DNA of 64,000 bases from a virus (lineage: Duplodnaviria; Heunggongvirae; Uroviricota; Caudoviricetes): the IMG/VR virus record IMGVR_UViG_3300006052_000001; one strand, given 5' to 3'. This document shows positions 9,678-18,012 of the stretch, one piece after another. A program made the position numbers and the translations under genes. How positions within the stretch are numbered: the first letter of the stretch is position 1; each line of letters starts with the position of its first letter. Under the pieces are notes generated by a model that worked only from the letters and a program-made list of their open reading frames with translations, was not told where the DNA came from and did no database searches.

Positions 9678-10452
9678 GGACTGGCTGGATAACGCACCAA
9701 AGCGATCTGATGGCTCTTTTGTTAATAGAACGATTGATGAAAAGCGAGTTGGAGGTTACGCTCGAAGTATGGAACGAGACGAGTGGAGTCCTCTTGTTGG
9801 AAAGATTCTCTTTGGAGAAAATGGTGATCTACTTGGAGGATATCATACTCTTTCGGCTATAGTTAAGAGTGGAGTGACACTAGAAATTCCGGTTGTAACT
9901 GAAGCAACTGAGCAGGATTTTGTTAATGAGGGTGTTGGTAGAAACCAAACTCTTACTGACAGAATGAAACATAAAGATATCACATTTTATGTGGAAAGTT
10001 CCCAGCTTGCGAGATTGTTGTTTAGTTTGGATATTGAGGGTGAGTATAATTTCTCAAATTCAAGAGTCCTACCAGCACAGATAGAATTACTTGATTTAGT
10101 CATGGCTGAACCTCTTCGAGAGGAAGCTTGCACTTATATGAAAGCTGTTAGTAAAGATTTACCTGTCAATAAGGGACCGCTTGGGCTTGCTTACATAGTA
10201 TTCATGCGTCAAGACCCTGAAAAGGCAAAGGAATTTCTAACAGGGTTTAGAACGGGAGCAAATTTAGCAGAGGATTCCCCAATTTATAGAGTTCGAGAAT
10301 TCTTTCAGAAGAATAGTCATACTAAGATGAATCAGTACAAACAATTCTATTTTATTTTGGATGCGTGGAAGAAGTTCTTAGCCAGTGAATCCTGCCCACG
10401 TAGAATCAATAATGTCAAAGAGACTAAGTACACTAAGGCGTCAATTAACTGA
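9649..10452 (+). CDS. ParB/sulfiredoxin-like nuclease domain protein (putative)
   Basis: ORF 9592..10452; start uncertain (9622 or 9649); KRSDGSFVNR...LLGGYHTLSAI resembles the ParB N-terminal GxHR region. Confidence 0.45.
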   Translation: MRTVTPELAKDWLDNAPKRSDGSFVNRTIDEKRVGGYARSMERDEWSPLVGKILFGENGDLLGGYHTLSAIVKSGVTLEIPVVTEATEQDFVNEGVGRNQTLTDRMKHKDITFYVESSQLARLLFSLDIEGEYNFSNSRVLPAQIELLDLVMAEPLREEACTYMKAVSKDLPVNKGPLGLAYIVFMRQDPEKAKEFLTGFRTGANLAEDSPIYRVREFFQKNSHTKMNQYKQFYFILDAWKKFLASESCPRRINNVKETKYTKASIN

Positions 10453-10542
10453 GGTCATGGCGGCGTCCATGTAGCAGCAGCCTCAGATTTCGAGGCTGAA
10501 AAGTACGTGAAAGAGCTAATTTCAAAAAATTAAAAAACGCCA

Positions 10543-10571
10543 TTGACACAGGGACGACTGTATGGTACAGT
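10543..10571 (+). promoter_or_regulatory. promoter, TTGACA-N14-TGgTACAGT
   Basis: A-rich UP-like stretch, TTGACA, 14-nt spacer, extended -10; 40 nt before the 10610 gene. Confidence 0.6.
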
Positions 10572-10609
10572 CGTCCCTGTAGCGTTACAACGATCCCCTA
10601 GGAGGGAAA

Positions 10610-10987
10610 ATGTACAATGATAACGAAATTAACGACCTTAAGAGCAAGCTTGCTCCGATAGTCGATGATCTAAAGAATGACTTCGTTAGCTATCTTCTTG
10701 GCTCGGAGTTCAACGATATAGTTGATGAGCGATTCGGAGACTACCTGACGGACAACCAGAAGGTTGCTGTGACCGCCTTCATGGTAGATATGTTCGAGCA
10801 GATTAACGATCAGCCTGATAGTGATTTCTACAACGAGCAGCTTAAGGCATTTGCCGATAGGATTTCGTCTTCGATTATGGCGGCACTAGTTCTGCGTTCT
10901 GCTGGTGGGGTTTCAGCTTTTGAAGAGTCGGAGTACGCAAGGGACGTTTATGACGGCCTTGTGGAATTCGCTCGTATACAAGAGTAA
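10610..10987 (+). CDS. acidic hypothetical protein
   Basis: 125-aa ORF, GGAGGG RBS. Confidence 0.5.
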   Translation: MYNDNEINDLKSKLAPIVDDLKNDFVSYLLGSEFNDIVDERFGDYLTDNQKVAVTAFMVDMFEQINDQPDSDFYNEQLKAFADRISSSIMAALVLRSAGGVSAFEESEYARDVYDGLVEFARIQE

Positions 10988-10998
10988 CAGGAGGAACC

Positions 10999-11214
10999 AT
11001 GAGATGCCCGGCAACAAAGCTGCTGACTGATGTTGATGGAGAAGTAACTCTATCTTGCGACATTCCAGTACCCCACGATGATTTGCCTGTTCACAGGACG
11101 TTTGAACTTCATTATGACGCGGTTCACAACCTTAGATGGGTAGAGCCAGAGGTTAAAGTTAACGCTTGGTCGCTGGCTTCCGTTCCTAGAAAAGAGATGG
11201 AAGAGGCAGCTTAA
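10999..11214 (+). CDS. hypothetical protein
   Basis: 71-aa ORF, AGGAGGAAC RBS. Confidence 0.45.
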   Translation: MRCPATKLLTDVDGEVTLSCDIPVPHDDLPVHRTFELHYDAVHNLRWVEPEVKVNAWSLASVPRKEMEEAA

Positions 11215-12011
11215 TGTATTATAAACTTGATTACGTTGGCATAGCAGGAGACTGGCATAGCAACGTGACGTGGGCATCCACAGCGGTTCACAGAATAGCG
11301 GATCAAATTCGCTCTCATGGTGAAGATGAGGTTGTCATTTTCCAGCTTGGGGACTTTGGTTTCTGGCCCGGAAGTCACGGAGAACGTTACCTAGAGCAGC
11401 TTAACCTAGCTCTGGAAGACGTAAATGCTAGTCTATACTTTATAGACGGAAACCATGAGAATCATGTCTTGCTGAGAAAGCGCGCCGAGAAGCAAGGTGT
11501 TCTAGATCAGCAGGTTCCTGTTGATATTACAAGCAGGATTACCTGGCTTCAAAGAGGTACTAGATTTACCCTAAACGGAAAAATCTGGCTTGCCCTAGGT
11601 GGTGCAGCTTCGGTTGACAGGACTTACAGAACAGAAGGACAATCCTGGTTTCCAGAGGAAAGAATTACACCTGAGCAAAGAGATTTGGCAATAGCTGGTG
11701 GTGAAGCATTTGTTCTGCTATCGCATGATGCACCGGCTGGTCACCATATCAACTTCCCTCCGTATCCCTCATGGCCCGAAAAAGACCTAGCTCTTTCACA
11801 GGTCAATAGGGATTACCTGCAAGATGTCGTTGAGGCTACTGGTGTAGAATACCTTATGCATGGGCACATGCACATGTCTTACGAGGTAATTATGCCCAAG
11901 ATTGGTCCTAACAATGTTGATGTCCGAATGAATTGTTTTAACTGTGATGGTGCCACAGGAAACTGGGGTATCCTTGACTGTAACACAATGGACTGGGTTT
12001 ACGGAGAGTAA
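11214..12011 (+). CDS. calcineurin-like metallophosphoesterase
   Basis: GDWH, GDFG, GNHE, GHMH motif series. Confidence 0.65.
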   Translation: MYYKLDYVGIAGDWHSNVTWASTAVHRIADQIRSHGEDEVVIFQLGDFGFWPGSHGERYLEQLNLALEDVNASLYFIDGNHENHVLLRKRAEKQGVLDQQVPVDITSRITWLQRGTRFTLNGKIWLALGGAASVDRTYRTEGQSWFPEERITPEQRDLAIAGGEAFVLLSHDAPAGHHINFPPYPSWPEKDLALSQVNRDYLQDVVEATGVEYLMHGHMHMSYEVIMPKIGPNNVDVRMNCFNCDGATGNWGILDCNTMDWVYGE

Positions 12012-12191
12012 ATGCTCAGAGACGGTTTAAAAGAGATTAAGGTACTCGCAGACGAGTACTTCGACCAAGTTGATTCTCCTGATGAGGGTTTAAACGAGGA
12101 AGACCAGGCTCGTCTGCGAGGTATCTTAGATGAGGTTAGCTTGCTTATGGAGGAAGCATTAAGTTCGCTTGCTAACCAGTAAGGGGCTAAT

Positions 12192-12410
12192 ATGACAACA
12201 GAAAATGAGGCAGTGCCCCAGGAATCCCAGATTCCTGATTTGTCATTTTCGGATACATGCGATAAGTGCCAGGTACAGGCTTATGTACGAGTTATGATTG
12301 GAACGAGTGATTTGCTTTTCTGCGGCCACCACTTTAGGGAAAATGAGGCCGCTCTAGCGGCCAGAGGTTATCCCTTGCGTGACAGCAGATATATGCTTAC
12401 ACGCAAGTAA
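12192..12410 (+). CDS. small CxxC zinc-binding protein
   Basis: 72 aa; CDKCQ ... CGHH. Confidence 0.45.
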   Translation: MTTENEAVPQESQIPDLSFSDTCDKCQVQAYVRVMIGTSDLLFCGHHFRENEAALAARGYPLRDSRYMLTRK

Positions 12411-12424
12411 CGTTTGGAGAAGCT

Positions 12425-12910
12425 ATGGTGCGTACAGATGAAGACATTATCAAAGCAGCGGTTGAGACATACCGGCTTGAAAAATTGATGGACCCAGACG
12501 CTAAAGCGATTGACGCTGCCCTTGCAGCAGGTCTTTCACACCACGAAAGATCAGTTATTTCCCGAATTGCCGATCAGGCAGAGGAACTAGCAGAGCATCT
12601 TAAGACAGAAGACGATCCTCCCTTTGAGGGAATCGCCGTACTTGAAATCTTTGCCAGGGACTTGAGGGATCAGATTCCAAGGCAAGATCGTTATGAACCC
12701 CAAGACGACGATATTGTTCAGGTTATCATTACTGGAACTGTAACTCTATACGACGAGGAATGTCCTAATTGCGGGCATGATCAAGATAAGACTATCTTTA
12801 GCGTAACTGACAGGGCATCAGGAGCAGAATACTTCTTTGACCCACATGAGGCAAAGAGCCTGAAAGTGAGAGTAATTTCACCCGCAGGAATAGACGAAAT
12901 GCTAAGTTAG
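12425..12910 (+). CDS. hypothetical protein with C-terminal CPNCGH motif
   Basis: 161-aa ORF. Confidence 0.5.
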   Translation: MVRTDEDIIKAAVETYRLEKLMDPDAKAIDAALAAGLSHHERSVISRIADQAEELAEHLKTEDDPPFEGIAVLEIFARDLRDQIPRQDRYEPQDDDIVQVIITGTVTLYDEECPNCGHDQDKTIFSVTDRASGAEYFFDPHEAKSLKVRVISPAGIDEMLS

Positions 12911-12954
12911 TTGTTCTATACTAGAGGTATTATCCACTAGTATAGGAGTCTTGA

Positions 12955-13725
12955 ATGAGACAGCCAGGTAAGTACGGCAAGACCGCTCCCCACCCAATTG
13001 AGACACACCCAAGAGTAGTACTGGACAACTACACCGATTTCTTAGCTCTGCCAAGAATCCCGCGAGATGTTGACAGAGAATCAAAAGTATCTAACTGGCC
13101 TATGTATATGAACGACCAGCTAGGAGACTGCACCTGTGCAGCGGTTGGTCATCAGATTCAGGCATGGACAGCTTTTGCTGGCAGTGAGGCAACTATTGCT
13201 GACAGTGACGTACTGAACCTTTACGAAAAGGTAGGAGGTTACGTACCGGGTGATCCTTCAACAGACAACGGTGCTAACATTCAGGACGTTCTGACTTACT
13301 GGCACGCAAATGGTGTAGCAGGCCACAAGATTTCTGCTTTCGCGCAGATTAGAGATTGCACTAATCCGTGGAAGCTGAAGGAAGCACTGTATCTATTCGG
13401 ATCGGTGTACCTTGGTATCCAGTGTCCTCTATCTGCTCAGCAGCAGTTCCAGACAAACTCTCCCTGGACTTATGACCCGAATTCCCCAATTGAAGGTGGA
13501 CACGCTATCGTACTACAGGAGATGGTCCCTGTTGGTACACAGTACGGCGTGATGGAGGTTGTAACATGGGGAGCATTGCAGAGGATGACTCTTCCTTTTG
13601 CAGAGCATCTAATTGATGAAGCTTGGGTTATTATCACACCTGACTGGATCACAGCTAACGGCACAGACATTGACGGTATTGACCTTAAGACCCTGATGGC
13701 AGATTTCGCGGCCATCACAGCGTAA
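12955..13725 (+). CDS. hypothetical protein, possible Cys/His peptidase
   Basis: 256 aa; NDQLGDCTCAAVGHQ ... GGHAIVLQ is a tentative Cys-His pattern. Confidence 0.45.
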   Translation: MRQPGKYGKTAPHPIETHPRVVLDNYTDFLALPRIPRDVDRESKVSNWPMYMNDQLGDCTCAAVGHQIQAWTAFAGSEATIADSDVLNLYEKVGGYVPGDPSTDNGANIQDVLTYWHANGVAGHKISAFAQIRDCTNPWKLKEALYLFGSVYLGIQCPLSAQQQFQTNSPWTYDPNSPIEGGHAIVLQEMVPVGTQYGVMEVVTWGALQRMTLPFAEHLIDEAWVIITPDWITANGTDIDGIDLKTLMADFAAITA

Positions 13726-13745
13726 AAGAAAGTTAGAACAGGCTC

Positions 13746-13776
13746 TTGACAAACGAGGCCGCATGTGGTAACGTAG
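13746..13776 (+). promoter_or_regulatory. promoter, TTGACA-N14-TGgTAACGT
   Basis: conserved promoter family; upstream of structured leader and tRNA-Asn. Confidence 0.55.
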
Positions 13777-13887
13777 TATCTACCGGGTCGGTGGACAAGG
13801 TAACAGGCACGGCGAATGTGACTAGTCACGCTGTTATCGGAAGCTCGCTCAGTCATAGCGGGGTTTAGAACCCGATCCGGTGACCAT

Positions 13888-13959
13888 TCCGGTGTAGCTC
13901 AGCGGTAGAGCAGCACCCTGTTAAGGTGAAGTGCGTTGGTTCGAATCCAGCCACCGGAG
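13888..13959 (+). tRNA. tRNA-Asn (GTT)
   Basis: cloverleaf: acceptor TCCGGTG/CACCGGA, loop CTGTTAA, T-loop GGTTCGAATCC. Confidence 0.8.
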
Positions 13960-13992
13960 CGTAGTACAAATGGAGCAGTAAATGGAGGTTAT

Positions 13993-14160
13993 ATGAAGAA
14001 GTTTTTCGGAATGCCAAAACATCCTGACGTACTGTTTGCAGGACTAGGCGCTCTTGCAGCGGAGGCATATTTTCTTACTCCTATTATTAGCGCGGAGTAT
14101 GTTCTAGTTATCGGTGCTGTGACAGCACTAGCTACGTATCTGGGAATGAATAAGGACTAA
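13993..14160 (+). CDS. small membrane protein (55 aa)
   Basis: GGAGG RBS then ATG; the ORF-track start at 13936 overlaps the tRNA. Confidence 0.45.
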   Translation: MKKFFGMPKHPDVLFAGLGALAAEAYFLTPIISAEYVLVIGAVTALATYLGMNKD

Positions 14161-14339
14161 TGCCTACGTATGAATTTAAGTGCTCTTGCGGAGAAGAAAA
14201 AGCAACTTTCTTTGATTCAATTCAAGAGCACATTGTACTTCCAGTTTGTACTTGCGGGAAAAAGATGAAAAGACAATTTTCCCCGCCAGGTATAATATTC
14301 AAAGGTGGTGGCTTCTACAGCACTTCTAAGAATAAGTAA
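14160..14339 (+). CDS. FmdB-type zinc-ribbon protein (59 aa)
   Basis: MPTYEFKCSCGEE...VCTCGKKM with a paired CxxC; ATG overlaps previous stop. Confidence 0.45.
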   Translation: MPTYEFKCSCGEEKATFFDSIQEHIVLPVCTCGKKMKRQFSPPGIIFKGGGFYSTSKNK

Positions 14340-14340
14340 T

Positions 14341-14414
14341 GCCCTTTTAGCTCAGGGGTTTAGAGCAGCTCACTTGTAATGAGCAGGTCGTGGGTTCAAA
14401 TCCTACAAGGGGCT
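14341..14414 (+). tRNA. tRNA-Thr (TGT)
   Basis: acceptor GCCCTTT/AAGGGGC, loop CTTGTAA, T-loop GGTTCAAATCC. Confidence 0.8.
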
Positions 14415-14438
14415 CTTTTCTTAAAGGAGGATAGAAAA

Positions 14439-15026
14439 ATGAGTAACGTATGGTTTACTTCAGATACGCACTTTTCGCATAAGCTTGTATCGCAAATTCG
14501 CGGATTCGTTGCTAATGATGAAGTAGATGTAAACAGACATGACGAAACCATTATCCGTAACTGGAACGGTGTAGTTAGACCTGATGATATTGTGTACCTG
14601 CTAGGAGATGTTTCGCTTAAGTCTCCAAGGGTATACGCACCACTTACCGTAAGGCTCAATGGAACTATCCATCTTGTCTATGGTAATCACGATCCCGGCT
14701 TTGGCGGAATTCGCGGTGGTGAGAAGCTAACCAGAGAGTACCTAGATGCTGGATTTGCTTCAATGCACGAATTTCTGAGGAAGAAGATCGACGGAAGAAA
14801 CGTGCTTATGTCTCACTTCCCGTACTCAGGGGATCGCGGTGATGACAGAGCTACACAGTATCGACTAAGGAACGAAGGTGTTCCTATTCTTCATGGTCAT
14901 ACTCACCAGAACGAAGTCATTTCAAGGGATAACGGTACTCTGCAAATCCATGTTGGACTGGATGCGTGGGGTTTGTTTCCCGTTAACATAGATGATATTG
15001 TGGAGATTCTTCGACAGGAGGCGTAA
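14439..15026 (+). CDS. calcineurin-like metallophosphoesterase (second copy)
   Basis: AAAGGAGG RBS; SDTHFSH, GDVS, GNHD, GHTH motifs; ORF-track start trimmed off the tRNA. Confidence 0.65.
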   Translation: MSNVWFTSDTHFSHKLVSQIRGFVANDEVDVNRHDETIIRNWNGVVRPDDIVYLLGDVSLKSPRVYAPLTVRLNGTIHLVYGNHDPGFGGIRGGEKLTREYLDAGFASMHEFLRKKIDGRNVLMSHFPYSGDRGDDRATQYRLRNEGVPILHGHTHQNEVISRDNGTLQIHVGLDAWGLFPVNIDDIVEILRQEA

Positions 15027-15028
15027 AA

Positions 15029-15250
15029 ATGAAAGTTCGCGCCGACATGTACGTTGAAATGGATTGTACTAACCACGTAGGCACAGGAGAAAAGCATTAT
15101 ATCGCCAAAGAACTAATCGGAGGCGAGTGCATTCCTGGCTTTGCACACTTTTTCCAGATTTGGGATGAATCCGAAGTTATGGAAAGAGCTAAAATGATCA
15201 TGGATATGGGTCATACGCTAGAACTAACCTATCTACAGGAGGAAAAATGA
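15029..15250 (+). CDS. hypothetical protein
   Basis: 73-aa ORF tightly coupled. Confidence 0.45.
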   Translation: MKVRADMYVEMDCTNHVGTGEKHYIAKELIGGECIPGFAHFFQIWDESEVMERAKMIMDMGHTLELTYLQEEK

Positions 15251-15414
15251 GTGCTCTCGCTCTTTTGAAGGAAATTGACCACATGCTTAACACCTGGCTC
15301 GCTGCTGGTGGGGGCACAAATCACAAGGTTGCGACTCCGCTTGCGGAATTTACGTGCATTTTCGGGCTTATGAAGACGTGGGCATTGCACAACCTTGCTG
15401 CTCTTGTTCGATGA
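15247..15414 (+). CDS. small hypothetical protein (55 aa)
   Basis: strong AGGAGGAAAAATG; competes with the 15354..15656 ORF in another frame. Confidence 0.3.
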   Translation: MSALALLKEIDHMLNTWLAAGGGTNHKVATPLAEFTCIFGLMKTWALHNLAALVR

Positions 15415-15682
15415 GTCAGTTTCACGGTCCTCAGCCTGGTTTTAAAGGCCGCGATTCTCTTAATAAAGGTGTAATGCGACGTAGAAAAGAGCAAAAAAGG
15501 CTTGAAGCGGAAATCAGGGACGAGAATTTGGCTCCTGATGACCCTAGAAGGCGCAAAATCAGGCTAGGAATCACTCCTGAGCCACCAAAAAAGCGCCACA
15601 GAAGCCGAAATAAAGCTCAAGGACCGCTCTCAGTTCAAGTTTTAGAGAGTGTATAATTGAATAAAGCCGGGAAACCGGCCAT

Positions 15683-15753
15683 TGCAGGATAGTATAACGG
15701 CAGTACACATCGCTCTGGACGATGTAGTTGAGGTTCGAATCCTTGTCTTGCAG
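15683..15753 (+). tRNA. tRNA-Gln (CTG)
   Basis: acceptor TGCAGGA/TCTTGCA, loop CTCTGGA. Confidence 0.7.
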
Positions 15754-15789
15754 CTTGCAGTAAATTCACAATCAAAAAATGGAGGAAAC

Positions 15790-15918
15790 ATGGCATTTAA
15801 CATGGATAAAATAGCTGATTGGGATGACTGCCCGGTATGTGACGGAACTGGCAGAGTAAATGGTCAGGTTTGTGACAATTGCAACGGGCTGAGCATGATT
15901 CTTGTTCCCCGTTCCTGA
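15790..15918 (+). CDS. small zinc-ribbon protein (42 aa)
   Basis: GGAGGAAACATG; CPVCDG...CDNCNG. Confidence 0.4.
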   Translation: MAFNMDKIADWDDCPVCDGTGRVNGQVCDNCNGLSMILVPRS

Positions 15919-15990
15919 TGGAGAGTGGTCTAACGGTAGGACACATGACTTTGGATCATGCTAGTGTTGGTTCGAATCCAGCCTTTCCAG
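15919..15990 (+). tRNA. tRNA-Gln (TTG)
   Basis: acceptor TGGAGAG/CTTTCCA, loop CTTTGGA. Confidence 0.75.
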
Positions 15991-16004
15991 CGTAGGGAGT
16001 TTAT

Positions 16005-16139
16005 ATGAGTAAGCAAGATGGCTATTGTGATAACACAAGGCAGCTAAAAGACGTAGATCATATGTGCAGTTGCGATCTATCATGGCGGCACTTTGACTGG
16101 CACAAGTGCTATATCTGCGGGAGAAACTGGGGCTTTTAA
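16005..16139 (+). CDS. small Cys-rich protein (44 aa)
   Basis: GGGAG RBS; CDN...CSCD...CYICG. Confidence 0.4.
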   Translation: MSKQDGYCDNTRQLKDVDHMCSCDLSWRHFDWHKCYICGRNWGF

Positions 16140-16156
16140 AAAATTTCCTCAGCCTC

Positions 16157-16186
16157 TTGACAGACAGGCTCGGGTGTGGTAAGGTA
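16157..16186 (+). promoter_or_regulatory. promoter, TTGACA-N14-TGgTAAGGT
   Basis: conserved family; drives Y-RNA-like and tRNA-Trp/His. Confidence 0.55.
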
Positions 16187-16211
16187 GTACCAAGACGTGA
16201 GAGACAAGGAC

Positions 16212-16333
16212 TTGGCTGGTCCGAGGGTTCTCGATATGGATTGCTCATTCTGTGGTTGGCTTGGGGCGGAATTGAGCGAGGGTGGATAGCACTTTATCGG
16301 CAGGGGTAAAACTTGCTAGGTAGGGCCAGCCTT
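16212..16333 (+). ncRNA. Y RNA-like ncRNA (metazoan-type Ro-binding stem)
   Basis: starts CTTGGCTGGTCCGAGGG; GGCUGGUCCGA matches the Y RNA 5' consensus; 3' strand ACTTGCTAGGTAGGGCCAGCC pairs GGCTGG/CCAGCC; begins about 25 nt after the promoter. Confidence 0.5.
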
Positions 16334-16371
16334 CTACAAACCGGGTTTGCGGTCCTGGAAAAAACCGCTGT

Positions 16372-16443
16372 GCGGAGATAGTTTAATGGAAAAACAAGAG
16401 CCTCCAAAACTCTTAGATGTGGGTTCGAATCCTACTCGCCGTG
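16372..16443 (+). tRNA. tRNA-Trp (CCA)
   Basis: anticodon arm AGAGC-CTCCAAA-ACTCT, D-arm GTTTAATGGAAAAAC, T-loop GGTTCGAATCC; acceptor has one mismatch. Confidence 0.65.
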
Positions 16444-16518
16444 CGTGAGGATCAGTGCAGAATAGGTAGCACCAGCATTGCCGCTGGAACCTCTGATTGT
16501 AAGAAATTTCTGCGACAT

Positions 16519-16592
16519 GGTGGGTATAGCTTAATTGGAAAAGCGCAAGGTTGTGGTCCTTGTCCATCTGAGTTCGAGTCTCAGTATTCACC
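16519..16592 (+). tRNA. tRNA-His (GTG) with G-1
   Basis: acceptor GTGGGTA/TATTCAC plus extra 5' G pairing discriminator C; loop TTGTGGT. Confidence 0.75.
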
Positions 16593-16662
16593 CCAAGGCT
16601 GTAGTTAGCCTGTAAAGAGAATCGACAACCGGAAAAGTCTCATTAATCAAATAACTACACTT

Positions 16663-16734
16663 GCCGAATTCGTTCAATGGATAGGACATACCGCTACGGA
16701 CGGTATGATAGGGGTTCGATTCCCTTATTCGGTA
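16663..16734 (+). tRNA. tRNA-Arg (ACG)
   Basis: loop CTACGGA, T-loop GGTTCGATTCC; G1-U72. Confidence 0.7.
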
Positions 16735-16816
16735 CGCTTAGAATCTCCGTCATAGTAGGCCAAGGAAAGCGCGCCTTACCTGAGATTTGGGACGTGAACC
16801 GTAGCTATGACAACTT

Positions 16817-16889
16817 TGGCCGTTATATCAGCGGTGAGATAGCTCGTCTGATACGCGAGAGGTCGATGGTTCGAATCCATCACGGCCAA
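16817..16889 (+). tRNA. tRNA-Ile (GAT)
   Basis: acceptor TGGCCGT/ACGGCCA, D TATC/GATA, loop CTGATAC. Confidence 0.8.
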
Positions 16890-16921
16890 CGCAACAACTA
16901 AATAATATCTCGGAGGCTCAT

Positions 16922-17074
16922 ATGTATTCGGCAAAAATGCTAGCTAAGGAACACGAACGTCCTGGCTGCTGCACTTTCGATGACCCTTATTACGCGCCGA
17001 AGATGCACGTTCTACGTCGCAGAATCCAGCGCAGAAGAGAAGATAGAAGTTGGAGAAAAGAATATGGTGTGTGA
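16922..17074 (+). CDS. small basic protein (50 aa)
   Basis: CGGAGG RBS; overlaps the next mini-ORF. Confidence 0.3.
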   Translation: MYSAKMLAKEHERPGCCTFDDPYYAPKMHVLRRRIQRRREDRSWRKEYGV

Positions 17075-17171
17075 TCATTGTGGCGGGCAGATGACTAGAA
17101 CGTTCTCTGATATGACTAAAGATATTTACAGATGTTCGTCCTGTGGTTCTGTAGTAACAGAAGATAAGTAG
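17064..17171 (+). CDS. zinc-ribbon mini-protein (35 aa)
   Basis: GGAGAAAAGAATATG; CDHCGG...CSSCG; followed by GCCCTTCGGGGC hairpin. Confidence 0.4.
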   Translation: MVCDHCGGQMTRTFSDMTKDIYRCSSCGSVVTEDK

Positions 17172-17185
17172 CCCTTCGGGGCTTT

Positions 17186-17257
17186 GCCCCTATCGTTTAA
17201 TGGATAGGACAAGAGCCTTCTAAGCTCTTTGTGGGGGTTCGATTCCCTCTGGGGGTA
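17186..17257 (+). tRNA. tRNA-Arg (TCT)
   Basis: loop CTTCTAA; D-arm like tRNA-Arg(ACG); G1-U72. Confidence 0.7.
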
Positions 17258-17288
17258 CGCTTGGGAAGCTGATTTTCAGGAGGTAAAC

Positions 17289-17462
17289 ATGGGTTTGTCT
17301 GAGTGGATTCCTAGGGAAATGCGCCAGGCCAATGAGGCTAGGCACAAAAGAGAGCGCGAGATGGCTCGTATGGGTCTTATTGAGTGGCTGTTGAAAGACC
17401 ACGCAGACGACCCAATACCAGAAGAGAAGAAAAGCTGGCTTAGAAAACAGCTTGAGAAATGA
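17289..17462 (+). CDS. small charged protein (57 aa)
   Basis: CAGGAGG RBS then ATG. Confidence 0.45.
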   Translation: MGLSEWIPREMRQANEARHKREREMARMGLIEWLLKDHADDPIPEEKKSWLRKQLEK

Positions 17463-17616
17463 GAAGACATGATAGGTAACTTGCTTCACCAGATTGCGGC
17501 AGCGATTCATCTGTACGAGATTGGTGGTGCCCGCAACCTACCCGGACTGATTCATTTTATTAATCAAACTTGCGAGCATATCACGGATATCATCAGGACA
17601 CGCAAGTAGAAAAAAT

Positions 17617-17689
17617 GCGGGTATAATTCAGAGGATAGAATATTCGTTTCCTAAACGAACAGTCGGGAGTTCGAATCTCTCTACTCGCA
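17617..17689 (+). tRNA. tRNA-Arg (CCT)
   Basis: acceptor GCGGGTA/TACTCGC, D ATTC/GAAT, loop TTCCTAA. Confidence 0.8.
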
Positions 17690-17757
17690 CAGAGGTAATG
17701 GGAAAAACCCTCTGGACCTTACGAGGCTCACAAATACCAGTAAATATTTCCCGTCAA

Positions 17758-17830
17758 GGTGGCATAGCATAGTGGTTAATGCACCAGCCCGTCAAGCTGG
17801 ATTACGAGGGTTCGAATCCCTTTGTCATCG
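17758..17830 (+). tRNA. tRNA-Asp (GTC)
   Basis: D GCAT/ATGC, loop CCGTCAA (C33), T-loop GGTTCGAATCC. Confidence 0.7.
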
Positions 17831-17928
17831 CTCACTTAGGTATACAGTTGTAGCTGCCGCCGATATAGAAGCGTAGGTGACGTGGAGCAGTGGCTCACTG
17901 ATCAGGCAACTGTACACCGGAATTCTGC

Positions 17929-17999
17929 CGCTGGTTCCTGAGTTGACATATGGGGCTTGGTACGCTTCAGAGCCGGGTTTGATTCCCGGTGGCGGCTCT
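17929..17999 (+). tRNA. tRNA-like element (possible Thr-GGT, aberrant D-arm and T-loop)
   Basis: acceptor GCCGCTG/TGGCGGC, T-arm CCGGG-TTTGATT-CCCGG, candidate anticodon arm GGGGC-TTGGTAC-GCTTC; D-arm does not pair. Confidence 0.3.
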
Positions 18000-18012
18000 T
18001 GGTTCTAAACTT

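Noticed and set aside
13865-14068. ORF-track ORFs overlapping tRNA genes (13865..14068 -, 15961..16248 -, 16334..16591 -, 16417..16608 +, 16677..16901 +, 17967..18152 -, 23651..23860 +, 24012..24263 -, 24494..24793 -, 24639..24827 +)
   Set aside because: They lie across well-formed tRNA cloverleaves or tRNA-like repeats, lack an RBS, and show the compositional pattern of structured RNA. Judged spurious.
15354-15656. 100-aa basic ORF 15354..15656
   Set aside because: No RBS at the annotated ATG and it overlaps the better-initiated 15247..15414 ORF. Possibly real from an internal start, but left unresolved.
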